Below, piece by piece: positions 10,488-22,075 of a DNA stretch of 64,000 nucleotides. Every line of letters starts with the position of its first letter. The first letter of the stretch is position 1. Position numbers and translations under genes: made by a program. Source of the stretch: an uncultured Rickettsia sp. (lineage in GTDB: Bacteria > Pseudomonadota > Alphaproteobacteria > Rickettsiales > JABSSG01); the NCBI GenBank assembly GCA_964515755.1, contig CAZEVK010000001.1, positions 64,962-128,961 of the forward strand. Direction: 5' to 3'. Under the pieces are notes generated by a model that saw only the letters and a program-made list of their open reading frames with translations, did not search any database and was not told the origin of the DNA.

Positions 10488-10852
10488 TGAAGTTATGCGT
10501 TTAATCGCTAATATGGCCGTTCGTTTATCGAAAAATTAAGCTATAATAACACGTCTTATGTAATTCATTTTTCTAAGATTTTTAAATTGTTTTTATTAAG
10601 AAAACCTGGTTCGAAAAATTTATCAATAACCCACCACAAATTGGCTTAAAATCAATCGTTCCACAAATTTTTAAGCTGTTAAAAAGGTTAGGCATTGTAA
10701 TAGTAACTTTTTTTATATTCTGACTATAAATCATTTACAACTAATAGCCTACAATAAACCTTGACAATAAGATAAAAAAGTTGAAATTGTATTCCTGAAA
10801 GTCAATTTATAGTTATATTAATAACAGTAAAAATATGGCTTAAGGAGGATAT

Positions 10853-11053
10853 ATGGATTTATTAAAACAAATAAAAGATATTTATGATTTGACTAGAGGA
10901 TATAATCATCTTAGTGCTCCTACTCACAACATTGAGGAAGAAACTGAGAAAGAACCAGTGCAACAAATCAAAAAGAAAATAGATAAAATTGGTGGTACTG
11001 ATAAAAGCATAAAACAATTAGGCACAAAACGTGCTCATGAAATAGTTAGCTAA
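10853..11053 (+). CDS. Small hypothetical hydrophilic protein (66 aa)
   Basis: Strong Shine-Dalgarno (AAGGAGGATATATG). No recognisable family. Confidence 0.4.
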   Translation: MDLLKQIKDIYDLTRGYNHLSAPTHNIEEETEKEPVQQIKKKIDKIGGTDKSIKQLGTKRAHEIVS

Positions 11054-11203
11054 AGCAGCAGTAGCACTAGCGTATTATAAAGTACAATTTTTAGGTATTA
11101 CAAAAATATATATCTTGAAGCATTGGAATTATTATTTTTATTTACCAAAAAAATTGTATAGGCGCGTAATAGGCAAGTAGAGATTGATGAACAACAAAAA
11201 TAT

Positions 11204-12076
11204 TTAGTTAATTGCTTTTATAGGAGCTTTTAACTGTTGAATTAACTCAGCAGGTGTATCGCTAAATACTGCATAAACTCCTAATTTTTTTGCTTCTTGG
11301 TACTCTTGTTTACTATTAATACCAAATATAAAAATTTTAGCTTGATCGTTACTAGCTTCTTCTATACATTCTACTGCTTTATTATCCCACAATCTAAAAT
11401 GTACCTTATTAATATCATCACCAAGAGCAAAAGATTCTTTTACTATCATTTCAATGTCTAGCTCAAAACCAATATAATGACTAGAATTAAGTTTATAACA
11501 GCAAGTCCCTTTATTACGCATAGTTAATAAAAGCTCTCGAGTTTTGTGGCGACTTTCGAATAATTTAGCTTCTGGCTTTTGTTCTTTAAAATAATTTAAA
11601 TGCTCTATATTCGTAGAATAAAAAATTAATCTCTGCCATGCATTTTTTTCATTAACTAATTTTACAATTGCATCAACTAAAGGCTTTGCTGGCAATGATT
11701 TTAAATCAACTATAATTTCCAAATTTGGAAATTTATTTAGAACTTCAGCCAAAGTAGGAATTTTATAACCTTTACCTCTTTCTGGAAAAGACTTATTAGA
11801 TTTAGGATCAAAATTATAAGCTGCATCAAGTGCTTCTAAATCTTGGTAATTCCATGCATTAACTAAGCCTTTACCGTTTGTCCGAGATGCTAAATCATTT
11901 GGGTGATATAAAACCACTACTCCATCTTTACTTAATTGAACATCAATTTCAATTCCATCGCTACCAACATTAATAACATTTTCAAAAGCAAATATAGTAT
12001 TTTCAGGAAAATTATTTTTTCCACCACGATGAGCTATTATCTTTGGAGAAACAGTATAACTTGTTGTTGCTTTCAT
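11204..12076 (-). CDS. Glycerophosphodiester phosphodiesterase family protein
   Basis: GDPD signature IIAHRGGKNNFPENTIFAFENV..GSDGIEIDVQLSKDGVVVLYHPNDL. Confidence 0.85.
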   Translation of the reverse strand: MKATTSYTVSPKIIAHRGGKNNFPENTIFAFENVINVGSDGIEIDVQLSKDGVVVLYHPNDLASRTNGKGLVNAWNYQDLEALDAAYNFDPKSNKSFPERGKGYKIPTLAEVLNKFPNLEIIVDLKSLPAKPLVDAIVKLVNEKNAWQRLIFYSTNIEHLNYFKEQKPEAKLFESRHKTRELLLTMRNKGTCCYKLNSSHYIGFELDIEMIVKESFALGDDINKVHFRLWDNKAVECIEEASNDQAKIFIFGINSKQEYQEAKKLGVYAVFSDTPAELIQQLKAPIKAIN

Positions 12077-12265
12077 TAGTAGACACCCACTATAGCTATA
12101 TTTAGCAATCTCATAATGAAACTATATTGCTAATTTTTATACTCAAAATATTTTTATTATTAATACACTATAACTATAAAAGCTTTTTTACTCAAACCTA
12201 ACATATAACTTTATTATTAGATTCGATTAAAATAAAACCAATTCATGATATAAATAATTCTTTTA

Positions 12266-13522
12266 CTAATAGACTCTTAGCAATTCATTCCAATTAGTAG
12301 TATATCTAGATGTGCGATGTTCGCATTTCATACTCCATTCTCTCTTAGTACCTTGAGCGGCAAAAAAAACTGTATCTCTTCCCATTTTGTTATTTAGTTT
12401 GGTCATTACATCAAGAATAGAAGATTGTTGTTGTGAATTTTCGGCTACAAAAAAGTTTTTCTGAATACGTGATCCATTTTTCAACCCTAGTAATACTATT
12501 CCTGCTTTTTTATATGAATAATTTTGTTTAAATATGTTTTTTAACCTTTCTTTAGCTTGCTTAATTATCAGTATAGTATCATTAGTTGCTTCCTCAAACC
12601 AATACACATCACTATACTGATAGTTAGCTTTATTGTTTCTATACAATTTTTCTTTAAGAAAAATATAGATCCCTTGAGCAAATGCACCTTCCTTCCTCAT
12701 TTTCTCGCAAGCTTTTACGGTATAATGAGATATTGCTTCCTCTAATTCAATTATACTATTTACAGCTTTACCAAATGATCTGGAAGAAATAATATTTTTT
12801 TTGTAGACAATCCTTCTCCTGTTTCATGGCAATCTATACCTTTTAATTCCATTACTAACTTTTCACCCATTACTCCAAATATTTTACGAATTGCTTTGCT
12901 ATAATAGTCCCTAAGCTGAGAAGCGGTACCAATACCTAAGCATTTTAATCTTATATTTAATTTCCTACCTATCCCCCATATATCTTTTATATCAAAATTA
13001 TCCATTATTTGTTGTTGCTCTAAACCATCCTTTAAGTACAATACCACTGCTCTAATTCGTTTAGCTATATGATTGGCTATTTTAGCTAAAGTCTTACTTT
13101 TCCCGATACCGATAGACACCGGAATACCAATCCATTTTTTAATTTTATCTTTTATTGATGTAATATATTCAATTAAATCTTCATCAGTTCCATCAAGCCT
13201 TAAAAAAAGCCTCATCAATAGAATAAATTTCTAAATGAGAAGATAGTTCTCTAATTGTATTCATCACACGATTAGATACATCTCCATAAAGCTGGTAGTT
13301 CGAAGATAGAACTTTAATATTATGTGCTTTACATAATTCTTTACATTTAAAATAGGGTATACCCATAGGTATACCTAAAGCTTTTGCTTCATTAGATCTA
13401 GCAATAACGCAACCGTCATTATTAGAGAGAATAACAACAGGACAATTTTTTAATTTAGGAAAAAAAGCTCTCTCGCAAGAAGCAAAGAAGTTATTACAAT
13501 CTATGAGAGCATATATAGTCAT
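12266..13522 (-). pseudogene. umuC: umuC (Y-family translesion DNA polymerase V catalytic subunit) split into three ORFs by two frameshifts
   Basis: The three fragments are 13522..13193 (MTIYALIDCNNFFASCERAF..SIDEAF), 13218..12760 (LDGT..IGIPVSIGIGKSKTLAKIAN..IWGIGRK) and 12700..12266 (C-terminal region, with its frame open upstream as KNIISSRSFGKAV..). The frame changes coincide with a 7-nt run at 13202-13208 and an 8-nt run at 12795-12802. Confidence 0.85.
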
Positions 13523-13538
13523 ATAGCTTATATTATTA

Positions 13539-13955
13539 TTACAGTTTTCGTACTACTGAAGTAACCACTCCCCAAATGCAAACTTCATCTCCTTCTGAAG
13601 AAGTTTTGATTAGAATCGGAGTGTAATTTTTATTTTCTGGAGCTAAATAAGCTTGATTATTAATATATTTCAGTCTTTTTACTGTAAATTCGCCATTTAT
13701 AACAGCAATTACTATTTTACCAGCTATAGGGGTTATACTTCTATCTACTACCAAAATATCATTTTCTAAGATACTAGCTTCAATCATTGAATCTCCCGCC
13801 ATTCTTACAAAAAAAGTAGCTACAGGGTGATCAATTAAATATTCATTTAAATCTAATTTAGTATCCATAGATCCTTCAGCAGGTGAAGGAAATCCAGCCT
13901 GTACTTTAGAGCTATAAAGTATAGGTACGGATATAGTTAAGTCTGGTCTTATCAT
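13539..13955 (-). CDS. umuD: UmuD (LexA-like S24 peptidase, polymerase V accessory subunit)
   Basis: VQAGFPSPAEG cleavage-region motif, the MAGDSM serine motif, and GEFTVKRL containing the catalytic Lys. Lies immediately upstream of umuC. Confidence 0.85.
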   Translation of the reverse strand: MIRPDLTISVPILYSSKVQAGFPSPAEGSMDTKLDLNEYLIDHPVATFFVRMAGDSMIEASILENDILVVDRSITPIAGKIVIAVINGEFTVKRLKYINNQAYLAPENKNYTPILIKTSSEGDEVCIWGVVTSVVRKL

Positions 13956-14318
13956 TTTTTGAATTCTGTATATTTATTACTATAAATTAATTATAGTTCT
14001 TTAATTAATCAATTTCAATTTTTATTTTATAAGTTTAATAATCTTTAATAAATACGCTAATCATGACATAAGGTTCGTTATAATGGATACTAAGTACGCA
14101 AAAAATATAAATGAAATTAGCTTAAATTTAAGTCCAACAATCAAAGTAAATTATCTTTACGTAAATTAAGGAAAGAGATATGCGATTCAAAAAAAACTAA
14201 GCACACATAGATTGTAATCATGACAAAAGAAACTTTTCTTATCAGTAAGATAGCTTTAGATAAAATTGAAAATGGAGAACCTTAAGTACCAATAGAAATT
14301 ACACAGCTATATTTAGGC

Positions 14319-14906
14319 TTATGATAATAATTTTTCTATTCTTCGATCAGGTATGATCCACATTAAAATCACTACAAAATAAATCATCTGAGATATTTTC
14401 TCATAATAAAAAGCAGTAGGTATGGCAATTAAAAATAAAATCAAAGACATTTTGCCTTTAAAATCTTTTCCGATAGCATTCGATAAAACCGAATTTGGGT
14501 TATATTTTAATATTGAAAATTGTAAAATACGATAAGCAGCAGCTGTTAATAATAGCTCTATCCCATATACAGCAGTTGGTAAAGGCTCAAAATGATTTTC
14601 TCCCATCCAATCTGTAGTAAAAGGAATTAAGGAGACCCAGAAAAGAAAATGTAAATTTGCAAGTAATATTTGTCCGTTAACATGAGTGACAGTATGAACC
14701 ATGTGATGATGATTACTCCAATAAGTACCAATGTAAAAAAAGCTTATCACATAACTCAAAAAAATTGGTGCCATTGAGCAAAGATGTTCAAAACTAGATC
14801 CATGAGGTGCTTTGAGCTCTAAAACCATTATGGTAATAGTCACTGCTAAAACTCCGTCACTAAAAGCTTCAAACCTAGCTTTACTAATTCCTTTGCTTTC
14901 TTTCAT
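14319..14906 (-). CDS. TMEM175-family (DUF1211) potassium channel homolog
   Basis: Signature RFEAFSDGVLAVTITIMVLEL in the first helix, about six TM helices, 195 aa. Confidence 0.7.
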   Translation of the reverse strand: MKESKGISKARFEAFSDGVLAVTITIMVLELKAPHGSSFEHLCSMAPIFLSYVISFFYIGTYWSNHHHMVHTVTHVNGQILLANLHFLFWVSLIPFTTDWMGENHFEPLPTAVYGIELLLTAAAYRILQFSILKYNPNSVLSNAIGKDFKGKMSLILFLIAIPTAFYYEKISQMIYFVVILMWIIPDRRIEKLLS

Positions 14907-15322
14907 TTTTATATTTTATAATAAATAAATTGTTTTAATTTTCTTTCTTTCGCTATCAAGAATAATCACTTTATGACTTTAAAGCTCTCTTTATTCCTGA
15001 GAATATAAAATTTTTATGCTTTTTCTACCTAAGAAAAAGACTTAATCTAACTTTAATATTCAAGTATACTAAAAGACAATTATTCTATAGTCAAATTTTT
15101 TTGCTGTAACAAAAAGCCTGCTATAAAAACATGATATGCACAAAATACTTTGAGATCTGGCCTTAAAAATAAATGTTATTATCACATTTTCCTATGTAAA
15201 ATAACTCTACTTAAAACTCTCTTCTTACCGGTGATTCAGCCTATTTACATTTACTCTTGAGAAATACACATATGGTTGAGTATTTCGTACCCTAATGATA
15301 AGAAAAATAATTGCTTATAAAT

Positions 15323-17290
15323 CTAATTAGTACCACCATTTAAGAAGCTTCTAAGCTTCTTAGATCTGCTAGGATGCTTTAACTTTCTCAAAGCCTTAGC
15401 CTCTATCTGTCTAATACGCTCTCTTGTAACAGAAAATTGCTGACCAACTTCTTCTAAAGTATGATCAGTATTCATGCCAATACCAAACCTCATCCTTAGT
15501 ACTCGCTCTTCACGCGGGGTGAGGCTTGCTAATACCCTAGTAGTAATTTCACGCAAATTAGATAAAATAGCTGCATCAACAGGTAGCATTGCATTTTTAT
15601 CCTCAATAAAGTCACCTAAAGAGCTGCCATCCTCATCACCAATTGGACTTTCAAGACTAACTGGTTCTTTAGCAATTTTCATCACTTTACGAACTTTTTC
15701 AATAGGCATCGACAAACGTTCAGCAATCTCATTTGGAGTCGGTTCATAACCAAGTTCATAAGCCATTTGTCTGCTAGTACGCACAATTTTATTAATAGTC
15801 TCAATCATATGCACAGGTATGCGAATAGTCCGAGCCTGATCAGCAATCGATCTTGTAATAGCTTGCCTTATCCACCATGTGGCATAGGTAGAAAATTTAT
15901 AACCACGACGATATTGAAATTTATCTACAGCTTTCATCAATCCAATATTACCTTCTTGAATTAAATCAAGAAACTGTAACCCACGATTAGCATATTTCTT
16001 AGCAATTGAAATAACTAATCTTAAATTGGCTTCTATCATTTCTTTTTTAGCTCTTCTTGCTAAGCGCTCACCTTTTTGTACAGCCATAACTAATTTTTTA
16101 AAGTCTAAAATATTAACACCAATTTTTTCAGCAACATCATCCATTTCTACAAGCAAAATCTTGATTTCAGCGTCTTCTTGACTAATAAAGTTAGCCCATT
16201 GTTTATTAACTTTAGACATTTTCTTTAGCCAAGCATCAGTTAAACTCTCTCCGGTAAAATACTTAATAAAATCTGCTCTGCTAATACCATTTTTTTCAGC
16301 TATTTTCAGAAATTTTAATTCAAAATTGATTATACGTTTGCTATAGCCGTAAAGATTATCGATCAAATACTCAATGGATTTATCATTGATATGTAGATCT
16401 TTTATACAATCAGCCAATTTAGCTGATAATTTCTTGTAAGTAGCACTAGTTTTGGTTTGACCCTTTTTGAAAATATATAATAATTTTTCACAAATTTTTG
16501 CAATTTCACCAAAATTATCAAGCATTTTAGGCATTAGGCTAGCTTCCATAGCTAATAAAGAAACATTTTGCTCTTCATCATCTTCATCGTCAAATGCCTC
16601 CTCACCTTCAGCACCTTCAAACTCATTTTCTTCATCTTCTTTCTCATCGTCCATACTTGAGATAGATTTTGTCAAATCTGAGCTGGCCAAATTGTCTTCG
16701 CAGAAAGTTTCTTCGAGATCAATTACATCACGTAACAAAATCTTTTCATTAACTAAATCTTCAAACCAAGAAATAAATTTTTTCATTGCAAGAGGCGTTT
16801 CACAAAGAGACGCAATCATAGAGTTTCGTCCCTCTTCGATTCTCTTGGCAATTACGATTTCATCCTCACGTGATAACAAACGAACTCCACCCATATCTTT
16901 AAGATATTGACGAACAGGATCATCAGTTATGCCAACTAGAACTTCTTCAACAACCTCTAATTCAGCTCCTTCTTCATTGATATCAAACTCATCATCTACA
17001 GCAAGATCAAACTCTTCTTCTTTAACAACGCTATCAACTTCTAAAATGTTTATACCAGCTTCTGAGAGAGAATTAAAAGCACTATCAATGATATCAGGAG
17101 TAAACAAATCAGCAGGTAATAACTTATTAACCTCATCAAAAGTTAAGAACCCTTTAACTTTACCAGCTGCTATTAACTTCTTTAGAGAAGCATCAAGATT
17201 TTTAGACGCAGTATCATTCGTAGGCTTATTTTCAATATTTTCTTCAATATTCTTGTTCACGCCTTTTTTATTCTTACTCATAATTTTCAC
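15323..17290 (-). CDS. rpoD: RNA polymerase sigma-70 factor RpoD
   Basis: Full region 1.1-4.2 architecture with an acidic spacer, and motifs [30 protein letters not shown] and [27 protein letters not shown]. The ORF opens at a GTG overlapping the dnaG stop; the ATG at 17281 is an alternative start. Confidence 0.95.
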   Translation of the reverse strand: MKIMSKNKKGVNKNIEENIENKPTNDTASKNLDASLKKLIAAGKVKGFLTFDEVNKLLPADLFTPDIIDSAFNSLSEAGINILEVDSVVKEEEFDLAVDDEFDINEEGAELEVVEEVLVGITDDPVRQYLKDMGGVRLLSREDEIVIAKRIEEGRNSMIASLCETPLAMKKFISWFEDLVNEKILLRDVIDLEETFCEDNLASSDLTKSISSMDDEKEDEENEFEGAEGEEAFDDEDDEEQNVSLLAMEASLMPKMLDNFGEIAKICEKLLYIFKKGQTKTSATYKKLSAKLADCIKDLHINDKSIEYLIDNLYGYSKRIINFELKFLKIAEKNGISRADFIKYFTGESLTDAWLKKMSKVNKQWANFISQEDAEIKILLVEMDDVAEKIGVNILDFKKLVMAVQKGERLARRAKKEMIEANLRLVISIAKKYANRGLQFLDLIQEGNIGLMKAVDKFQYRRGYKFSTYATWWIRQAITRSIADQARTIRIPVHMIETINKIVRTSRQMAYELGYEPTPNEIAERLSMPIEKVRKVMKIAKEPVSLESPIGDEDGSSLGDFIEDKNAMLPVDAAILSNLREITTRVLASLTPREERVLRMRFGIGMNTDHTLEEVGQQFSVTRERIRQIEAKALRKLKHPSRSKKLRSFLNGGTN

Positions 17291-19098
17291 TCTATTTTTT
17301 CTTTAATATGTTGTTCAAGCTTTATAATTTCTTCCTGTAATGCTATAGCTATCTTCATTGATCCTTCATCTAAACTTCGCATAGCATTTTTATATTCCAT
17401 TTTAAGTAACTCTAGATTGTAATTATCAAAAGCTTCTTCCCATAATGTTACTATGTCATTGTCATTCTTTATACTAATTTTATCAATAAAATATGAATTG
17501 TCCCCACATAAAAAATTTAATTGCGTTGGTAAGAGCTTTTCGCTAATTCCCACTTTAAAACTACTACTAAAATCTTTATCATTTTCTATAGCACTAGCAC
17601 TTACAAAAGCTTCTTCTACTGCCTTATATATATCACGAGATAAATTAATCTTTGATTCAATCATGATAAAGTTTTCATAAATTTGACTATTTCTTAGCAA
17701 AAATGGATATTCTATTACTAATGCTATTAAGCATAACTCACATCTTTGTAAGCCAGATAAACTTTTAACATTAACCAAATCACCATTAATACTAGATTTA
17801 TGCTCTTTTACTTTATTTTGAGTACCATAAGAACTGAAGTTCTGCCACAGTCTATCATTAAAAAATTTTTTGTAAAATTGTTTCACACTCGGATGTATGA
17901 TTTCTTCAGCTAAATCTAATAAATTTTTTTGTAATAATGCCTTTTGCTCGGGAGTTTTAACTTCAAGCTTATGTAAAGTTGTCTGCCACAACATTTCCGA
18001 AAGAGGAATAGGAGCATCAAGCAAAGATTGTAAATGATTTTTCCCAAAATTCTTTACTACATCATCCGGATCATAACCGGCTGGTAATTTAACAAATTGC
18101 ACTGAGTAACCTGGTTTTAGCATAGATAGCGCTAATTTAGCACATCTATCCATAGCATTAATTCCAGCTCTATCACCGTCCATACATAATACTGGATTAG
18201 GACAATAACGCCAAATTTTTTGTAAATGCTCTTGAGTAATAGAAGTACCTAAAGTAGCAACAACGTTATTAATACCAACAAGATTTAAAGCAATAACATC
18301 CATGTACCCTTCTACTATCACAATAGATTTATTTTTATTACCTGAATTTAGAACAAGGTTTTCCGCATAAAGATTATGGCCTTTTTTAAATAAAATAGTC
18401 TCAGGAGAGTTTAAATATTTTGGTGCGTTATCACTTTCAGCAAGTAACCTACCACCAAAACCGATAATACGACTTTTACTATCATAAATAGGAAAGATAA
18501 TACGATTGCGAAAACGATCATATACTTGAGACTTAGGCTCGGTAATTAACCCAGTTGATATCATTTGCTCCTTACTAACAGATTGTGTTAATAAAAATTT
18601 ATATAAACTATCTGTATTATCAGGAGCAAAACCTAAATTAAATTTCTCAATTATTTCATCTGTTAATCCTCGACCTTTTAGATATTTAAACGCCTGTAAA
18701 CCGTGTATTGAATATAATTTTTCATTAAACCATTTAGCTGCCATAGCCATAACCTGATAAAAGCTGGCTAGCCTCTGTATTGAGTTAATCTCTGCTTCTG
18801 TATGATTTTCTGGTATTGCGATGCCATGTTCTTGAGCTAAAGCCTTCACAGCCTCAACAAAATCTAACCCTCTAGTTTCAACAACAAATTTAACAACATC
18901 TCCATGTTCGCCACATCCAAAGCAATGATAGAAATTTTTGTCATTATTAACTGTAAAGGATGGGGTCTTTTCAGTATGAAAAGGGCATAAACCATAATAT
19001 TCTTTGCCACGCGGTGATAGCTTTACCTTTTGGCTAACAACGTCTGATACCCTTATTCTTTCACGAAGTAAGTCAATAAACTCAGAAGAAAAATACAT
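17287..19098 (-). CDS. dnaG: DNA primase DnaG
   Basis: Zinc-finger [30 protein letters not shown] and Toprim EGYMDV. Classic dnaG-rpoD linkage. Confidence 0.95.
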   Translation of the reverse strand: MYFSSEFIDLLRERIRVSDVVSQKVKLSPRGKEYYGLCPFHTEKTPSFTVNNDKNFYHCFGCGEHGDVVKFVVETRGLDFVEAVKALAQEHGIAIPENHTEAEINSIQRLASFYQVMAMAAKWFNEKLYSIHGLQAFKYLKGRGLTDEIIEKFNLGFAPDNTDSLYKFLLTQSVSKEQMISTGLITEPKSQVYDRFRNRIIFPIYDSKSRIIGFGGRLLAESDNAPKYLNSPETILFKKGHNLYAENLVLNSGNKNKSIVIVEGYMDVIALNLVGINNVVATLGTSITQEHLQKIWRYCPNPVLCMDGDRAGINAMDRCAKLALSMLKPGYSVQFVKLPAGYDPDDVVKNFGKNHLQSLLDAPIPLSEMLWQTTLHKLEVKTPEQKALLQKNLLDLAEEIIHPSVKQFYKKFFNDRLWQNFSSYGTQNKVKEHKSSINGDLVNVKSLSGLQRCELCLIALVIEYPFLLRNSQIYENFIMIESKINLSRDIYKAVEEAFVSASAIENDKDFSSSFKVGISEKLLPTQLNFLCGDNSYFIDKISIKNDNDIVTLWEEAFDNYNLELLKMEYKNAMRSLDEGSMKIAIALQEEIIKLEQHIKEKIE

Positions 19099-19255
19099 AA
19101 ATTCTCTATCTACTGTTGAAATTTAAATCATTATATACTATTAATACATATCATGTAATAGCAACCTATAATAAATTCGTAATAAACCTATAACATTTAA
19201 AGCTTGTTAAATAAGCATTTAGCAAATTAAAATATTAAAAACAAAGGAAAGACCA

Positions 19256-19729
19256 ATGCAAAATTTCCCGATGACTGCAAAAGGATTTGCAAAATTAACA
19301 GAAGAACTAAAGCATTTAAAAACAGTGGAAAGACCTTCTATTATTAAAGCTATTGCAGAAGCAAGAGCACTTGGAGACCTTTCAGAAAATGCTGAATACC
19401 ACTCTGCTCGTGAAAAACAAAGCTTTATTGAGGGCAGAATTATAGAATTAGAAGATAAAATCGCTAGATCAGAGGTTATTGACATATCAAAACTATCAGG
19501 CGATATAGTAAAATTCGGCGCAACTGTAAAACTGATCGATTACGAAAACAATAAAGAACATGTTTACCAAATAGTTGGAGAATACGAGGCAAACTTAGAT
19601 CATGGACTAATATCAATTGCTTCGCCTCTTTCAAGGGCTATTATTGGCAAAAAAATAGATGATATAGTTGAGGTTGTGACTCCAAACGGATTGAAAGAAT
19701 ATCAAATACTAGAAGTAGAGTTTAAGTAA
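19256..19729 (+). CDS. greA: Transcription elongation factor GreA
   Basis: 157 aa; PMT..G...L..EL..L....RP and [16 protein letters not shown] motifs. Confidence 0.95.
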   Translation: MQNFPMTAKGFAKLTEELKHLKTVERPSIIKAIAEARALGDLSENAEYHSAREKQSFIEGRIIELEDKIARSEVIDISKLSGDIVKFGATVKLIDYENNKEHVYQIVGEYEANLDHGLISIASPLSRAIIGKKIDDIVEVVTPNGLKEYQILEVEFK

Positions 19730-19806
19730 TCAAGCTCTAACTATTAAATGACTTATTTAAATAATTGATTTATACTCAATTTGTACCCTAACAGTAACAA
19801 CTTAAA

Positions 19807-21042
19807 ATGCTAATATATATAAAGAAAAAAATTTTAATAATAAGTGCTGCTTTTTGCTTGATAAGTAATACAGCATTTGCCTTTGTTGGAGCTTATGTCA
19901 CTAAAGATGGAAGCAGTATTACTACCTCTCAATCAAAAGTAGTCATTGCACATAAAGAACAAAAAACAATTCTTACAATAACTAGCAATTTTAATACCTC
20001 AGCAACTAGCTTTGCTTTAATCGTACCAGTGCCATCAAACGTTAAAAAAGCTAATATACGTTATGTTGACTATGAAATAGTCAATAAATTAGACAAATAT
20101 ACCTCCCCCCGCTTAATAGAATATATAGATTATGATCCATGTAACCCAGAATCAATAAAAAGACCGCCAATAGAGACCACACAAAGCTTCACTACTATAG
20201 ATATGGACAAAGCGATTGCTCTGGAAATAAATAACCCTCAAACTATCACTCCAAGTAATTTAATTATCTTAACTTCAAAAGAAAGTATTGGTATCGATAT
20301 TACCCTAAAGAAATATGGTTATAACTTACCTCAAAATTATCTGGATGTTATAAATAGTTATAACGAAAAACAAATGAAATTCATTATTATTGAGCTAACC
20401 AAAGATAATGATAATAAAGCTACATGGTTAAAGCCAATACAAATTGAATATGAATCAGATCAATTTTCATTACCTGTTAATATCGGATCATTAAATGCAC
20501 CGCAAAATCAAAAACATGATATGTTACTATTCACTCTATCTAATCAGGGAGAAGTATTAACAACAAATTATGAAACCAAGAACATGCCTGGTAATTTTGA
20601 TTTACCAGTGACATCCATAAACGAATTTACAAAATTTTATGATAAGTTTATGAATAAAATTTTTAAGGTTCATCCTAATATTATTCGTAAAGAGTATTCT
20701 TGGCCAATGGGAGCATGCAAACCATGCACTTCCGCACCATTATCAATTGATGAATTATCAACCCTTGGAACATTTTGGTACCATTTACCTAAAGAAGGAA
20801 GAATGGGACTAGTAGCACCTTTCTCAGCTATATATGTTACCAGATTACATACTCAGTATGGTTATGATACATTTGAAAATGACTTAACTCTTGAAGAAGG
20901 TAATGCAAAAAATAAATATCAGACGTATTTTAATATCAAACACCCTATTCCCGAAAATCAATCTAAATGTGGCGATGAATATGCTATTGAGCTAAAAAAG
21001 GCTCAAGAACAGCAAAAGAAAAATTTAGAATTATCTTTATAA
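19807..21042 (+). CDS. Secreted DUF2330-like protein (signal peptide); paralog of the partial gene at 2..310
   Basis: N-terminal signal peptide (ILIISAAFCLISNTAFA). The segments ..GAYV..SKVVIAHKEQKTILTI..FALIVPVP.. and YVTRLH resemble my recollection of DUF2330. Not verified against a database. Confidence 0.6.
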   Translation: MLIYIKKKILIISAAFCLISNTAFAFVGAYVTKDGSSITTSQSKVVIAHKEQKTILTITSNFNTSATSFALIVPVPSNVKKANIRYVDYEIVNKLDKYTSPRLIEYIDYDPCNPESIKRPPIETTQSFTTIDMDKAIALEINNPQTITPSNLIILTSKESIGIDITLKKYGYNLPQNYLDVINSYNEKQMKFIIIELTKDNDNKATWLKPIQIEYESDQFSLPVNIGSLNAPQNQKHDMLLFTLSNQGEVLTTNYETKNMPGNFDLPVTSINEFTKFYDKFMNKIFKVHPNIIRKEYSWPMGACKPCTSAPLSIDELSTLGTFWYHLPKEGRMGLVAPFSAIYVTRLHTQYGYDTFENDLTLEEGNAKNKYQTYFNIKHPIPENQSKCGDEYAIELKKAQEQQKKNLELSL

Positions 21043-21046
21043 AAAA

Positions 21047-22072
21047 TTATTTTTTTAGATGTTCTTTTACCAAAAGTTCTGCGATCTGAACGGCATTAAG
21101 TGCAGCTCCTTTACGAACATTGTCAGATACTACCCATAAACATAAACCATGTTCTACACTAAGATCTTTTCTTATTCTTGAAACATAAACCATATCTTCA
21201 CCAACACATTCAATTGGAGTAGAAAATTTGTCCTGTTGCTTAAACACCATTACACCAGGCATTTTTGATAAAACCTTGATAGCATTATCGACAGTTATTT
21301 CATCATAAAATTCGATATTTACTGCCTCACTATGACCAACAAATACAGGTACACGAACACAAGTTGCTACAACTTCAATATCTGGGCTTAGGATTTTTTT
21401 TACCTCATTACGCATTTTGTTTTCTTCTTTAGTAAAACCATCTTCGTCAAATACATCAATCTGAGGAATAAGATTGAAAGCAATTTGTCTAGAAAATTTT
21501 TCTGGAGGAACTTTTTTATAGCTAAAAATAGCCTTAGTTTGTTCATACAATTCGTCCATGCCCTTTTTTCCAGCACCAGAAACTGATTGATAAGTTGCAA
21601 CCACAACTCTCTTAATTTTGACTAAATCATGCAAAGGCTTAAGAGCCATTACTAACTGAATTGTTGAACAATTAGGATTAGCAATTATATTTTTCTTTTT
21701 ATAGTCCTTAATTTGAGCACCATTTACTTCAGGGACTATCAAAGGTACATCTGGATACATTCTAAAATGAGAAGTATTGTCTATAACTATACAACCTGCC
21801 GCAGCTGCTATAGGTGCATATTTAGCTGACACAGCTCCTCCGGGTGAAAATAACGCAATCTTAACATTACTAAAGTCGAAATTATCTAAGGATTTAACCT
21901 TTAAGATTCTTTCCTCACCAAAACTAACCTCTTTACCCAGAGACTGTCGTGAAGCCACAGCTTGAATAGTATCAACAGGAAAATTCCTCTCAGCAAGAAT
22001 TTCTAATATTGATGTCCCAACATTACCAGTTGCACCGACCACTGCTACACTATATTTCATATTTTTACTCAT
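21047..22072 (-). CDS. asd: Aspartate-semialdehyde dehydrogenase
   Basis: VAVVGATGNVG NAD-binding motif, active-site NPNCSTIQ, 341 aa. Confidence 0.95.
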   Translation of the reverse strand: MSKNMKYSVAVVGATGNVGTSILEILAERNFPVDTIQAVASRQSLGKEVSFGEERILKVKSLDNFDFSNVKIALFSPGGAVSAKYAPIAAAAGCIVIDNTSHFRMYPDVPLIVPEVNGAQIKDYKKKNIIANPNCSTIQLVMALKPLHDLVKIKRVVVATYQSVSGAGKKGMDELYEQTKAIFSYKKVPPEKFSRQIAFNLIPQIDVFDEDGFTKEENKMRNEVKKILSPDIEVVATCVRVPVFVGHSEAVNIEFYDEITVDNAIKVLSKMPGVMVFKQQDKFSTPIECVGEDMVYVSRIRKDLSVEHGLCLWVVSDNVRKGAALNAVQIAELLVKEHLKK

Positions 22073-22075
22073 AAT

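Noticed and set aside
12266-13522. Programmed ribosomal frameshifting in umuC
   Set aside because: Two independent shifts are needed, no slippery-heptamer or stimulatory structure is evident, and no precedent is known for umuC. Decay or homopolymer error is the simpler explanation.
13956-14010. Possible SOS (LexA) box upstream of umuD
   Set aside because: CTGTATATTTATTACT has only the left CTGT half of the gamma-type CTGT-N8-ACAG box. GTTCTTTAATTAATC has only one GTTC of the alpha-type GTTC-N7-GTTC box. Neither is a convincing operator, and I cannot tell whether lexA exists in this genome.
16467-17306. Plus-strand ORFs of 147 aa and 125 aa (Ser-rich) overlapping rpoD
   Set aside because: They are antisense shadows of the rpoD acidic spacer: GAA/GAT repeats read as TTC/ATC on the other strand. 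They have low-complexity composition, no RBS, and lie entirely inside a confidently identified gene. The same reasoning applies to the other short antisense ORFs in the track, including 1844..2187, 15474..15964, 21400..21965, 28304..28699, 30925..31880, 53100..53802 and 61128..62273.
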